Assembly: GCA_028534125.1 (NCBI GenBank)
Contig: CM052832.1
Span: 11,286,001-11,350,000 of the forward strand
Source: Lama glama
Taxonomy: Eukaryota
Direction of reading: 5' to 3'
DNA: 64,000 bases
In this document: positions 1-11,630 of the stretch, piece after piece
Layout: every line of letters begins with the position of its first letter
How positions within the stretch are numbered: the first letter of the stretch is position 1
The notes under the pieces: model-generated
Database searches by the model: none
What the model saw: only the letters and a program-made list of their open reading frames with translations
Told to the model about the DNA's origin: nothing
Translations under genes and position numbers: made by a program

Positions 1-742
1 TTTTATAAGATTCATCAGCTTAGTATATTAAAATTTATATTTTGAAATAATTTATAGGATATTTATCTCAATGCTGTCACAGCCTGTGAAATACTCTTAA
101 CAACTCCAGTAACAGTTGCATCAGCAGAAAGATGAGAAAGCTCAAAATTAAAAATTATCAAAAATTATTTGTACATTACATCCCCATGACTTACTTGTTT
201 TATAACTGGAAGTTTGTACCCTTTGACCACCTCTGCCCACCATGGTGACTGTAGTTAGTAATATTGTATTATATATTTCAAAGATGATAGATCCTACACT
301 GCTAAGAGAGTAGATCCTAAGTTACCATCACAAGAAGGAAAACTTCTGAAAGAAGAGTTATTTGTGATCTTGCATTTGCTAAGTTTTCAGTTATATTAAT
401 TGAAAATGAAATTGCTAAAAATATAAAATTCGATGATCTTGTAAATGAATACGTAGAAAAACAAGTCAGGAAAATTATGTGATCCATCAAGATATATTAC
501 TAAAGTTTTATTTTTTAGTTTTATAAAATATAATACCGACTTCTTTTCAGTTTGAAAGTTTATCATTACTCATGTAATACTATTATTCATGTAATTGTAA
601 GTAATTACTATATTATAGGTGCCAAATATTTTTAAAGGAAAAAGCTTTATATTTTAATATCTTTGATAGCATTTTTCCTTTTCGAACAAGGGGCCCTGCA
701 TTTTTGTAATGTATTTGGCCTCACCAATATTGTAACTAGCTC
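1..742 (+). mobile_element. hAT DNA transposon fossil (Zaphod/hAT-Tip100-like), transposase C-terminus and right end
   Basis: 61-171 translates IYLNAVTACEILLTTPVTVASAER*ESSKLKIIKNYL, the hAT dimerisation motif with a stop. It resumes after an insertion as ...IENEIAKNIKFDDLVNEYVEKQVRKI. A terminal-like ggggccctgcattt...gtaactagctc lies at about 689-742. Confidence 0.8.
170..357 (+). mobile_element. Short L1 3' UTR fragment (L1MA9-like) with 5' inversion
   Basis: The reverse complement of 170-240 joined to 241-342 is collinear with the uninverted L1 3' UTR at about 39720-39885. Flanked by ttatttgt at 165-172 and 358-365. Confidence 0.8.
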
Positions 743-799
743 GACCAAAAAATCCCAAGGTCTGCCCAGGATCTGCTTCCTCCTTGTAAACAAAAAGAC

Positions 800-1279
800 C
801 CTTAACTTATGACTTTTTATAATCTTCTCATATTCTCCCCTTTGCTCACTGTGCTTCAGGTTGCAGCACTCCAAAAATCTTCAGCCTTAGGGCATCTGGC
901 TATTTCCTCTGCCTGGAATGCTCTTCCCCCAGATAGGCACATAGCTCACACTGTCACCTGTTTAAACCCTCTGCTCAATGGCATCTTCTTAATGAGGCAT
1001 GCCCTAACCACCCTAGTGAAAACTGCAGCCCACTCCCTCCCCAACTACTACTGACCCCCCTACTTAGTCTACATTTTTTTTTCCATAGCACTTTCCACCA
1101 TCTGACATATATAATTTACCCATGTACTATGGCTGTTGTACATTATCTGTCTCCTCTGCTTGAATGTCAGCTTCACAAGGAATGGGGTCTTTTTCTATTC
1201 TGTTCACCGATGATTCCCAAGCCCCTATAACAGTGCGGCCCATAGTAGCTACCCAGTGAATATTTGTAAAATGAATGAA
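800..1279 (+). mobile_element. L2 LINE 3' end
   Basis: Contains ttcctctgcctggaatgctcttcccccagat and ends atatttgtaaaatgaatgaa, a typical L2 tail. Confidence 0.8.
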
Positions 1280-2259
1280 GTCTGAAATTATTAGATAAAC
1301 ATGCAGTTGCTGTGAAAGCCAGAATTATTCATGTAACTGCAATGTATTTTTCTTTGTTGTGCAGTAGGCAAATTAGATTCTTGATTCCTCAAATTGTTTA
1401 CAGCTAATGCTTTTGTATTTCCATCCATTTTAATTAATGAAAATTCCTATTATGGAGCATACACTGAATGCATGCTAATTAAATTGTGTTGTTCATATAA
1501 TTGTAGTCATAAAAGACTTTCAGAACACTAAAAACTTTGTTATAAAAGCTTAAACAGTTGAAATAAAAAGAAAACCCCAGTGGCTGAATTCTTTATTTGC
1601 TTGTTAAGAATATTTCTTCTCTTATGAGACGCTGTTTTGCCTCAATGTAAATGATGAAAGTAGTACAGTACGTTTTCACTTAGGAGTGTCTGTATTTTCA
1701 ATCTTAATTTAGGTGCATAGCCAACTATGTTAGCAATTAGGAACTATTCTTTTTCACAGATAAAAATCTGGGGTTTGGTTACTAAAGAAAAAGGGGAGAA
1801 AGACTTTTGGGAGGCAATGAGAAGTCTGTGCCTCATGCTGTCTCCTAAAACACACACCAAGCATTGATCATGGAGCTGGAAGACCATGTGACCCAAGTTA
1901 GGAAAGCCTTAAAACCTCTGGATTTGTGCTAATTTGGTGCCTTTAAGAGCTCCCTTCCTTCTCTTGCCTAAGGTGTCAGACATGCTTTAAAGAGGTTCCT
2001 GGCTAATCTCAGAGCCCCACCGTATACTGACTTTCCCTGGGCATTATGTGTGTGTTGATCCGGGGCCGGGCTGCTATACGTACCGTACCATATATGACTA
2101 TTGCTTTCTCATCTGCTGTTCCCTCACCACCACCATTCTTCCTTACGTGAATTGAGTTTATAGACGAGAGTTTATGACCATTATCCTTTTGATGCTGAAA
2201 GACTACTTCATGTCTATCCTAACTAGCTGGTGCATTATTGTATCCCTTTTTAAAGTGAG

Positions 2260-2260
<1 letters not shown>

Positions 2261-2322
<62 letters not shown>
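2261..2322. repeat. (TA)31 microsatellite
   Basis: Perfect TA run read directly. Confidence 0.98.
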
Positions 2323-2329
<7 letters not shown>

Positions 2330-3027
2330 GCACACTCTTCTCTCATAAAAAAAATATTGAGTACAACTCTTCTGTTTCATCTCACATATTGCAAATCCTT
2401 TAAGGAACAGTAAGAGTACGATAGGGTTGTATATTAAGTAGCTTCCAGTAAATGCATTAAAGTGTAGGTATGCTAAAAATATCTCCCCTTAGAGATTACT
2501 TGACAAAATAAGTAATGAACAGAGGTGGAGCAATATCTCAGTGATAAAACCATCATTCTTCTTTGTTAGACACATATTTTATGTGAACTGTAAACATGTT
2601 CAAATATGTTTAAGGCCTCACTGTGATGAGTCATGTATCATAACTTCAGTATATTGAAAAAACTGTTTGGCTATTTATCTGATGTTCTTAACTTCTGTAA
2701 GATTAGAAGATGAAAAAGCGAGTATGGAACTTCCTCAATAAAATTCTTTTTGAGCATGATTCTAAGTGACCTGTCACAGTGACCTTAAACTAAACCAAAG
2801 TCCACCATGTCCCCATATGGCCATCATGTCATGAAGAGAGTGGCAACCAGTTACTTTGGGGAAACTAGGTGGTTTTTTTTTTTTTTTTAATGAGCATAGA
2901 AAGACTCATTTTCTTTAGTTTCAAGTTTGAGGGTTTTTGTTTGTTTTTTACTAAATTTACCACTTAAGCCTTTGTCTCCAGTTCAGTTCACCTCTTTCAG
3001 ACATACATCTCCTAATTCACTTTCAGT

Positions 3028-3220
3028 TAGGGTTGCCAGATTTAGCAAATGAAAATGCAGGATACTCAGTTAAATTTGAATTTCAGATAAATAATGAATA
3101 AACTTTTAGTATAAGTATGTCCTAAATGTTGCATGGGTCATCCTTATAGTAAAAAATTATTCAGGGTTTATCTGAAATTTAAATTTAACTGGGCACCCTG
3201 TGTTTTATCTGGCAACCCTA
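3028..3220. mobile_element. MER53-like palindromic hAT MITE, full length (193 bp)
   Basis: Terminal inverted repeats tagggttgccaga / tctggcaacccta. Internal arms cagttaaatttgaatttcagataaa and tttatctgaaatttaaatttaactg pair. Confidence 0.9.
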
Positions 3221-4889
3221 CCTCCAGCCCTTGTTGCTGTGACATTGTATGTTTTCTTCATTGACATTCACATCTCCATCAGTGGATTTCTTCTGACTGC
3301 ATTTTCCCCTGCCTTTGGCTGTTTCCATCTGGATGGTGTTGTCTTCTCTGTTTGTTGCTTTATCAGATTAACACAGTCACCCACCTGTCCCTCCTCCTCC
3401 TGATTCTCCTGTGGATGACATGGCAGTGTTTATGCTTGAACTTTGAGGTTATTCTGAGTCCTCCTCTACCCTTGTCCTCTGCATTTAGTTAATAATCAGT
3501 CCTGTCCATTCTTCCTTCATTGTCCGTTTCTCCCTCCCTTCCTTCTCCTCTTTCCCTCCCCCTGGCTGTCTGTCTCTTTCTTGTCTGCACCTGTCTGTCC
3601 ACTCCCCACGCTATCCTCAGTTCAGGTCCCTGCTCACAAGTGGTCCCTGTGCGTCTGCTTTTCCAGCTGGCCTCCTGCTCTAGCCTGTCGCCACCCAGGT
3701 CATTTTGCAGTCCTGGTTCATCATTCTGAACTGTTGCACCCATCTTGTTTCTTCCCAGCTGAAAACCTTCAGTAACTTACCGTTGTGTACAGAATGAAGT
3801 TTAAGCCCCTAATTTGAGGCTTCACATGCAAGACTTAGCAGAACTGGCGTCTAAGAGAACTGCTAAGATGTCTCTTGTTGCATCATTACCTTATACTAAT
3901 GTTTATCACCCTTTTGGATTCACTTGCTCTTTCACAATGATATAATACTGAAAACCCCTTTAGAGATGTTTTAAATTATGTAATCATTTGGCATATAGAG
4001 TAAAAGAAAGAATTATCTAAGTTTATATTACTATATTAGTAAATGTTACATTATAAAGTTTATTTCTAATAAAAACTTAATAAATACAAAGAAATGTTTT
4101 GACTTTTCCCCATTTGCCAAGTGATGCACAGTTTCTTGTGCTTTGAATTAATTAGATAATAAAAATGTGATTTACTACCAAATTTAAGATGAGACCTTGC
4201 ATTATGTTTGACTTTGTGACCAAATATATTTGGAAATGTACATTATTATTAAACTATGATACAGCAGCATTTCATGACCTGATGTTTAATTCTTACATTT
4301 TACACTTAAAAATTACCTTTTCGTACTCTCAAAATTTTCATATCTTTCACAGAATGTTTCAAAGTGATAAGAGAGTAGGTTTCCAGTTGCAGTTTCCAAG
4401 CATTTTCTACAATGAGTATATTTCAGAACTAGATGGTCTTTATTCACAATAAATAAAAAGTCAGATTGTGTACAGTTCTCCACCTCCCCTCGTGACTCTC
4501 CATTTGTTCTGTTGCAGAAGCCCAGGGCTCAGGAGAGTATGCCCCAGACGTCTTTACCACACTTCTCTTACGGGTTTGTCTTGGTTACAAAATACTACAG
4601 CAGCTTCTTGTTGGGCAATCTGAGAAAGGCTACGGCTAGTTTCTGTGATACTTCTTTTCTCCTAGATCATAATAAATTGAATAAATAAGGAATTCTTGGT
4701 GCCTGGTCTATATCAATCAAAATGAAAATAGGGGTATATTAATCCTGAACTGCAGTCGAGCTGAGCTAATCTTTACAACTGCTACCAATTGGTATGATGT
4801 AATTAATTGCAGCTAGTGTATATTTGTGGAAGTGAAGATGCTTAAAAGCATCAGGTGGTTTCAGTACATGGAAGTACTTGAGCTGGATC

Positions 4890-5350
4890 TCTTCGTTTGC
4901 CCCTGCAGACTTCTCATCTTCCCCTTTCCTGGTCTCTGTCCTGGTGGTTGGGCCTTGTGGGCTCATCTACCTGCTTCCTGACCTCTGGCTTCTGGGTGGT
5001 TTCAGCCAATGGAAAGCCAGCAGAAAATCAGAGGGGAAGGGACATTGAGGTCAAACACCCCCTCCACCCAGCTCTCTCCCTGCAGGGTCACCTTGGATTG
5101 GCTGTTTTCTTCAGGCTGAAGATCAGTTACTTCTCAAGGCAGCCTGCTCTCTAATTCTCCTTCTGGATTCCAGTAACCTTTCTTCCCCGTTGTACTTTTA
5201 AGACCTAGGGGTAATATCAAATCCACTACTAGTAGCCCTGGGTTTCAGCAGTATTCTTTGGGGCTCCCCTGTATGTCCTACATTTTTGTAAAAAGGCTCT
5301 CAATGAATAGAGTGTGCTGTCTGTCTCCTGTTGGGATCCTCATTGATACC
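4890..5350. mobile_element. ERVL LTR, LTR33-like
   Basis: ctctggcttctgggtggtttcagccaatggaaagccagcagaaaatcagaggg resembles the recalled LTR33 core; boundaries approximate. Confidence 0.6.
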
Positions 5351-5359
5351 ATGCTTCAC

Positions 5360-5525
5360 ATGCTAACTTAATCCCTTCAGTTATACTGTGAAGTCTGTAT
5401 AAATAATGCCATCATTCTAGGGGAAAGGAAAGTGAAGCACGTAACCTGCAAAGGCCACAGGGCTCTGATGTGGTAGAGCCAGAATTCAGGTGTGCCTCCA
5501 GGCTACATAGTCCTAACCATGATGC
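5360..5525 (-). mobile_element. MIR SINE fragment
   Basis: Degenerate MIR core (gtaacctgcaaaggccacagggct...tggtagagccagaattc...cctaaccat). Confidence 0.55.
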
Positions 5526-8409
5526 CGTGTCCGGGTATGATGATATGAGTGACGTAGGATTTCATTGTTATTTGGGGAATATTCACAATAACAAAATATA
5601 TTAACATTAATTATGTGGATGACAGATAAGGTTGATCAACCAAATTATCACCAGTGCTTTCAGCTAACCTAGTACTTTCATCTGAATACTTCAAAAGAGT
5701 GATTTTTTCCCCATGTTCCCCAGGAAAGATTGAAAGAATGATATTCTTTGAAGTTAAGGAATAAGAAGTTCAGATTTTACTTATTATCCTGAGCCTTGTT
5801 TGAAAAAAAAAATCTTTGCCAACAACTAAGTATTCTCTTTAAAATATGAACTCATCAAAGGCTCAAATTTAGCTTCTTTCTTTTCTTAAGAGCCTGACAT
5901 TCAGAGTTGGTATTCATTTCTCACAGTGCCCTAGTTCTTACATAATTTCGGTCCTGTCAGTTCGTTCCCAGAACTGACGTAGTCATCACTTGTTGTCTTT
6001 GTGTTGGGGGATGTCTTCTTTTGCCCGGCCCCCCACGTCCACCACTCATTATTCATTGTTCATTGTCCTCCATGTTCTTCTGTGGTGGAACCTGTCACAT
6101 TTTCCATCCTCTTGGCCTTGCATTGTGGGGCTGCTATTGAACGCAGCTGCAGTGTGTTGTTTCTGGACTCCAGGTACCCTTGGTTGCTACAGTGTGCCGC
6201 TTCTGGATGACTTATTTGGCAGTTACAATTTTTTCCAACACAGCAGCTTCCTAAAGCTTCATTTCTTCATGCTGAAATACTGAAAATAAAGAAACAGCCC
6301 TGTAACAATCCCTTTGGGATCCTTGGATCATTAAAACTTCATAGAGGGATAGCCTATAATTTTTTTGTGTGTGTGGTCTCAGGTCTACACAAACTTTAAA
6401 AATGCAGATTTTTAGGGGCTCAAAGAAGAAAAACATACATTTATGATTCAGGTGTTCTTGTTGTTAAAAATAGTACATTTGAATGAGTGGCTGTTTATAG
6501 TTTGGGTTTTGGGTGGTTATTCTGTAGTGAAGGTCCTGTTCTTGACAAATGTGCTTCCCAGTCATTTTTTCTAACGTGGGCGGTTGGGTCATGGGAGAAG
6601 GCCAGAGTTTCTTGGCAGTTCTCTCTCCTCGTTGCCTGGAACCCCGTACTATATTATCTTGGGCTTAAACGGCCAAACTAGGGAATCTGACCAGAAGATT
6701 CCAATCTGTGAGCACAAGCAATCATTTATTTTTTTCTCAAACTGCTTACGTTGGTGTTGTATTTATTAAGAATTAAGATTTATTCTGAAATAAACTGTAG
6801 CTTTAAGACTGTGAAAGAAAGCTGCTGCTGAGAAGGTTTCAGTTTTGCCACATGATTGGTGTAAATACTAGCAGCTTTTTGGTTCAATGTTTTTGCTTCG
6901 AGAGAGTATCTAAGTGCATTTTTGAAGATTTGCTCAAATAAATGAGGAGATTCTGGTTGCACCTACTTTGGGCAAACTGCCAAAAAAAAAAAAAAGACCA
7001 ATGGGGTGGTATCTTTTCTTTAAAAAAAATTACCATTTTATGTGCATTTGAGATCTAGACAGACCTATTAAGCTAAACACCTTCTGAATACAATTTACTC
7101 TATTGTCCTGGCAAAGACTTAAGAGGAAGATGTCATGTGGAGCTATTTTGTTTATTTTCATCAAAAGGCCCTTTCATCTGCCATCCAAATAAGGGATATT
7201 TAGATTCAGTGATGTTTCAAACACCCCAGTCCTCATTATAAAAGAAAACAAAATTTAAAAAAAGTCATTAAATTCGGTTAAAACAAAAATAAACTTATGC
7301 AGCAGATTTTGCATCATATTCATTATAAACTTCAATATTTGTGAATTTTAGTAGCAACAAAGGACAAGTAAGTACTGAGGTTGCCCGACCAGAGGAGAAT
7401 AGGAGTGGAAGTTTCTCTGGGGGTTTGGAAAGTTGAAGTTGCTGTAGCCATTCAGCCACTGTAACTACCATCATGTGGGGCTGGACCCATGGCCAGGAAA
7501 CGCCATTAATTCTTCCACCTCTTTTCCCCATTATGTACCCAGGAAAGTCCTTTCTCTTGTTAAACCTAATCATCCACCTACTCCCCGCCCACACTTAGGC
7601 CACTGAATATTGCTAGAGTAAAACATTAATTGTGTTTCTTGGTCTTACTCTAAACTCATGCCCAACATGCTTCAAATAGAGATGCAGCATAGCCTTACAG
7701 TCCAAACACACTTTCCTGGTGTTTGCTTTCTCACTCTTGGGGATGACTATTTCCCAATTTAATTCTTCTCAAACTTCCTATATTCCTTTCCCTTTCCCTT
7801 ACTCTAAGCTGCTTCGTACTTCACTGAATAAATAGACCAATCAGACAAGTCCTACCTCATTCTCCCGCCACCAAATCTGCCAGCCTGCTTCTGTACCTAA
7901 TTCTGTGGACACTTCCTCTTTCGGTAGTTAGAGTGCCCCTGTCCTCCACTTGTTTTCCGAGGCCTTTTCTTGCTTTCTCACATATGTTGCACTACAGTTT
8001 TCTTCTTTCTGCAATGTCACTGACTTTTCATATCTGAGGGGTTGTTCTCATCAGTATGTTCTAGTATCTCCTATCATAAAATTAAACAATGCACTTCATT
8101 TACCCATATCTCTTTCAGCGATTTCCCATTTCTATACTCCCTTTTCCCAGCAAAACTACCTGAAAAGAATTGTCTGTCTTTCTGTCTACACTTCTGTTTC
8201 TCTTCATTTCTTGACCCTCTCCAATTGGGCTTCTGTCTTCTCTGCCCTCCTGAGACTGCTCTTGTTGAGGTCTTTAGTGACCTCCATGTTGTCCAAAGCA
8301 ATGGCCACACATCCATTCTTGTGTTACTTGATCTTTAAGCAACATTTGACAGGGCTAACTTCTTCTTCTTTGAAATACTCTTTTACTGCTGGTTTTCCTA
8401 GCATCACAC

Positions 8410-8860
8410 AGTGGTGACTCTAGAGGTGTCCCACTCAGATGTCCCTTCATGAAAATATGCTTCAGGGTTATAGCTGAATGACAGCCTTCAGCTGTCATAC
8501 CCTTAGATCCAACATACTGGAAACAGAGCTCAGGCTTCCTTGGAGTGTTCCCGGCCAATAACTGAGCATGAAGAGGGTACCAGATGGGACAGTCTTGCAC
8601 TACATGAGATTGTTCTAATAGTTACATTGGATCAGTAAGTCCCCATTGGCCAGGCTGCATCTTTCTTAGAACTGAACTGTGGTCTGAAACTCTATTCAAT
8701 CTTTCCCCTCTCCTCCTCTTTGATAGATGTCAGCCCTGCAAAACTTCTGAAAGTCTCTTCACCTACTATTTCTGATGCCTCCTCCTTTATATACCTCTTG
8801 TATGTCTAATCCCAGCATGGTGTCCCTTTGTAGAGGATCCAGGTGGACTCATACACCATC
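8410..8860. mobile_element. ERVL LTR16-like element nested in L2
   Basis: cccttc...tgacagccttcagctgtca...cccggccaataactgagc resembles the recalled LTR16 family and interrupts the L2 homology. Confidence 0.5.
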
Positions 8861-9177
8861 CTATTCCTGTACTCCCTCGTTTTCTTTGTCTCCTCTTCTC
8901 CATGAGCCCTTAACCCTGGTGGCTTCATCCTTCGACAGACTTTGTGATCTCATTCAGTCCCATGGTTTTAACTATGATCTTTGTGTCATTGACTATCAAA
9001 TCTCTATCTCTAGCTCTGATCTCTCCCAGAACTCGACTCTATATCTAATCATGTTCTTGACATCTCCACTTGGATGTATAATCGTCACTTAAAAGGTAAC
9101 ATATTTTCAGGAACTCTTGATCCTTATCCATAACTGCCCTTCTTCAATTGCCATCATTTCTGTAAATGTCTCCATTC

Positions 9178-9334
9178 TTTTTTTTTTTAATATTTTTATT
9201 TATTTTGTTTGTTTGTAGGGTTTTGGGGAGGAGGTAATTAGGTTTATTTCTTTATTTAATGGAGGTGCTGGGGATTGAACCCAGGACCTCCTACATGCTA
9301 GGCACACACTCTACCACTGAGCTATACCCTCCCC
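9178..9334 (-). mobile_element. Camelid tRNA-derived SINE (Vic-1-like)
   Basis: The minus strand reads ggggagggtatagctcagtggtagag (A box)...ggttcaatccc (B box)...attaaataaagaaataaacctaattacctcc followed by an A-rich tail. Confidence 0.88.
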
Positions 9335-10972
9335 ACTGCTCCAGTCAGTCTTGATTGCTCTTTTCTTCATCTCTCATTAGCAGTTCCTATCGACTGAATT
9401 CTTAAGTATTTCCCAGATTGATCCATTTCTTCTCCAGTTTCACAATTGTCACCCTAATCAGTGTTGTAGCACCTTCCAATCCACTGGTCTCTTGCCCACT
9501 CATGGTCCATTCACCATTTAGTAGCCAAATGAGCCTTTAAAAAGGTAGGTTAGATCTAATCATTCCCCTGGTTACAGTACTACAAAGGCTCTTCGTTGAA
9601 TTTGAAATAAAGCCCGATTGCCCCTGATGATGTTGACAAAACCCTAGGTAATTGGCCTCTCCTGATCTCTCATTCTCACCTCTTCCTTCCTCTTGCCACA
9701 ATCACAGTGGCCTTCTTTCTGTTCCTAGAATAAGAAGAGGTTATTCTTGCCTTTGAGCCTTATCCCTGAGTGTTCTTCCTTCTTGTCACTCAGATCTCAG
9801 CTTAACTGTTACCTCCTCAGAGAGCCTCTCTCTGACCTCCCTATCTGAAGCAAGGTATCCTAGTTACATTCTAATGCATCACCCTATTTTCATTCTCTTC
9901 ATAGCATTTACATTTTCCTATCTTTTTCTTTTTTATTTGTTGTCTGTCTCCCCTCAACTAGAATGTAAGCCTCATGAGAAGAGTGTCCTTTTCTGTCTTG
10001 GTTATTGCTGCATTCTCAGCACCTCCATGAATACCTAGTATGTAGTAAGCATTCCTCTATATCTGTGAAATGCTTCCATTGACAGAACTCATTATTTCTC
10101 CTCCATGAACATTTTTCCTTGAAAGAAAAAAACATTGATTTTCCTAACTCTGCACTTCTGAACTTGTAGCTCTTATTATGTTCAACATTCCCTAAGATGT
10201 ACTTTTCCTTAAATTTATATATAATGCCAGTAGAGTTAAAAATCCCACTGTAGTGAATTCCATGGGGTGTGCTGTTGGCTTTGTGTCAGTAGAATTTGTC
10301 ACAAAGCAAGAAATTACATTTCCAGTCTACAGAAACTAGGGGTGAAACAGCTGATTTTCCATTTCTCTATAGAATTTGGAAGGGAAAAACTCTTGACTCC
10401 AAAATGGGAGGTGAGTGAGGTCTAGCAAATCTCCTGCCTCTGTTGCCCAGGCTCCCTGCTACTCTACATGGAATGTTGGCTTTGGAGTTGTTTTTGTTGT
10501 TGTTGTTTTGCTGAATGGTTTGAGTACTGAAAGAAGGGGTAGCTGAGGAAGAGAGAAAAATGATGAAAAGACAATTACTATTTCGTGACAAGAAAAGATT
10601 CTAGGGTAATTTTTTAAAAAGTTGAGCTAAACAGTGTTCTCTCTTACTTTTTATAGCATAAAAAGGTACATCATCAGGTGGTTTTTACACATAAAATATG
10701 CATGAATAAGGGCCAGAAAATGAAATAAGACAAAACAGAACACAGTTCCTAGTATGAAGTATTTGGTGCTGACAGTTTGTTGTAAACAGAGCAATGAAGG
10801 GTTTTGTTTTTGTTTTTAATTGTATATTATTCTGAAATGTAGAAACAGCTTTGATAAAAAGATCTTTCTTTCATTGTAGTGGTAATTGTGTTCAAATCGG
10901 GTTGTCAAATTTTTGTTTTAATGGCTCAAATGTTATGAGCCGTATAAATATTATGTAATATAAAAATGTCCT

Positions 10973-11630
10973 CCTCACACCAGTCAGAATGGCCATCATT
11001 AAAAAGTCTACAAATAATAAGTGCTGGAGAGAGTGTGGAGAAAAGGGACCCCTCCTACACTGTTGGTGGGAGTGTAAATTGGTGCAGCTACTAAGGAGAA
11101 CAGTATGGAGGTTCCTTAAAAAACTAACAATAGAGTTACCTTATGGTCCAGCAATCCCACTTCTGGGCATTTATCCAGAGTATACTTTAATTCAAAAAGA
11201 TACATGCAACTCAGTGTTCACAGCAGCACTATTTACAATAGCCAAGACATAGAAGCAACCTAAATGTCCATTGACAGATGAATGGATAATGATGTGGTGT
11301 GTGTGTGTGTGTATGTATATATATACATACATGTATATATATATACATACACACACACAATGGAATACTACTCAGCCATAAAAAGCATGATATAATGCCA
11401 TTTGCAGCAACACAGATGGACCTAGAGATTATCATAATAAGTAAAGTAAGTGAGACAGAGAAAGGCAAATATCATATGAAGTCATTTACATGTGGAATCT
11501 AAAAAAATGATACAAATAAACTTACTCACAAAACACAGGTAGACAAACAGACATAAAAACAAACTTATGGTTACCAAAAGGAAAAGTGGGGAGAGGGGTA
11601 AATTAGGAGTTTGGGATTAGCAGAAAAAAA
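10973..11630 (+). mobile_element. L1 ORF2 C-terminus plus partial 3' UTR, 5'-truncated
   Basis: [36 protein letters not shown] is the L1 ORF2 Cys-rich region. The TSD aaaaatgtcct is present on both sides. Confidence 0.93.
11298..11359. repeat. Compound (TG)n-(TA)n-(CA)n quasi-palindromic microsatellite inside L1
   Basis: Read directly. Confidence 0.9.

Larger units (their letters stand above)
7700..10070 (+). mobile_element. Fragmented L2 LINE, interrupted by an LTR and a SINE
   Basis: L2 hallmarks tgagactgctcttgttgaggtc...gtgacctccatgttg, tcccatggttttaactat...gacatctccacttggatgt and the tail caactagaatgtaagcctcatgag. Confidence 0.75.

Noticed and set aside
7950..8417. 155-aa ORF
   Set aside because: Lies in a decayed L2; the Leu/Ser/Phe bias reflects the CT-rich strand.
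9262..9334. tRNA-like sequence on the minus strand
   Set aside because: It is the head of a SINE followed by the SINE body and A-rich tail, not a tRNA gene.
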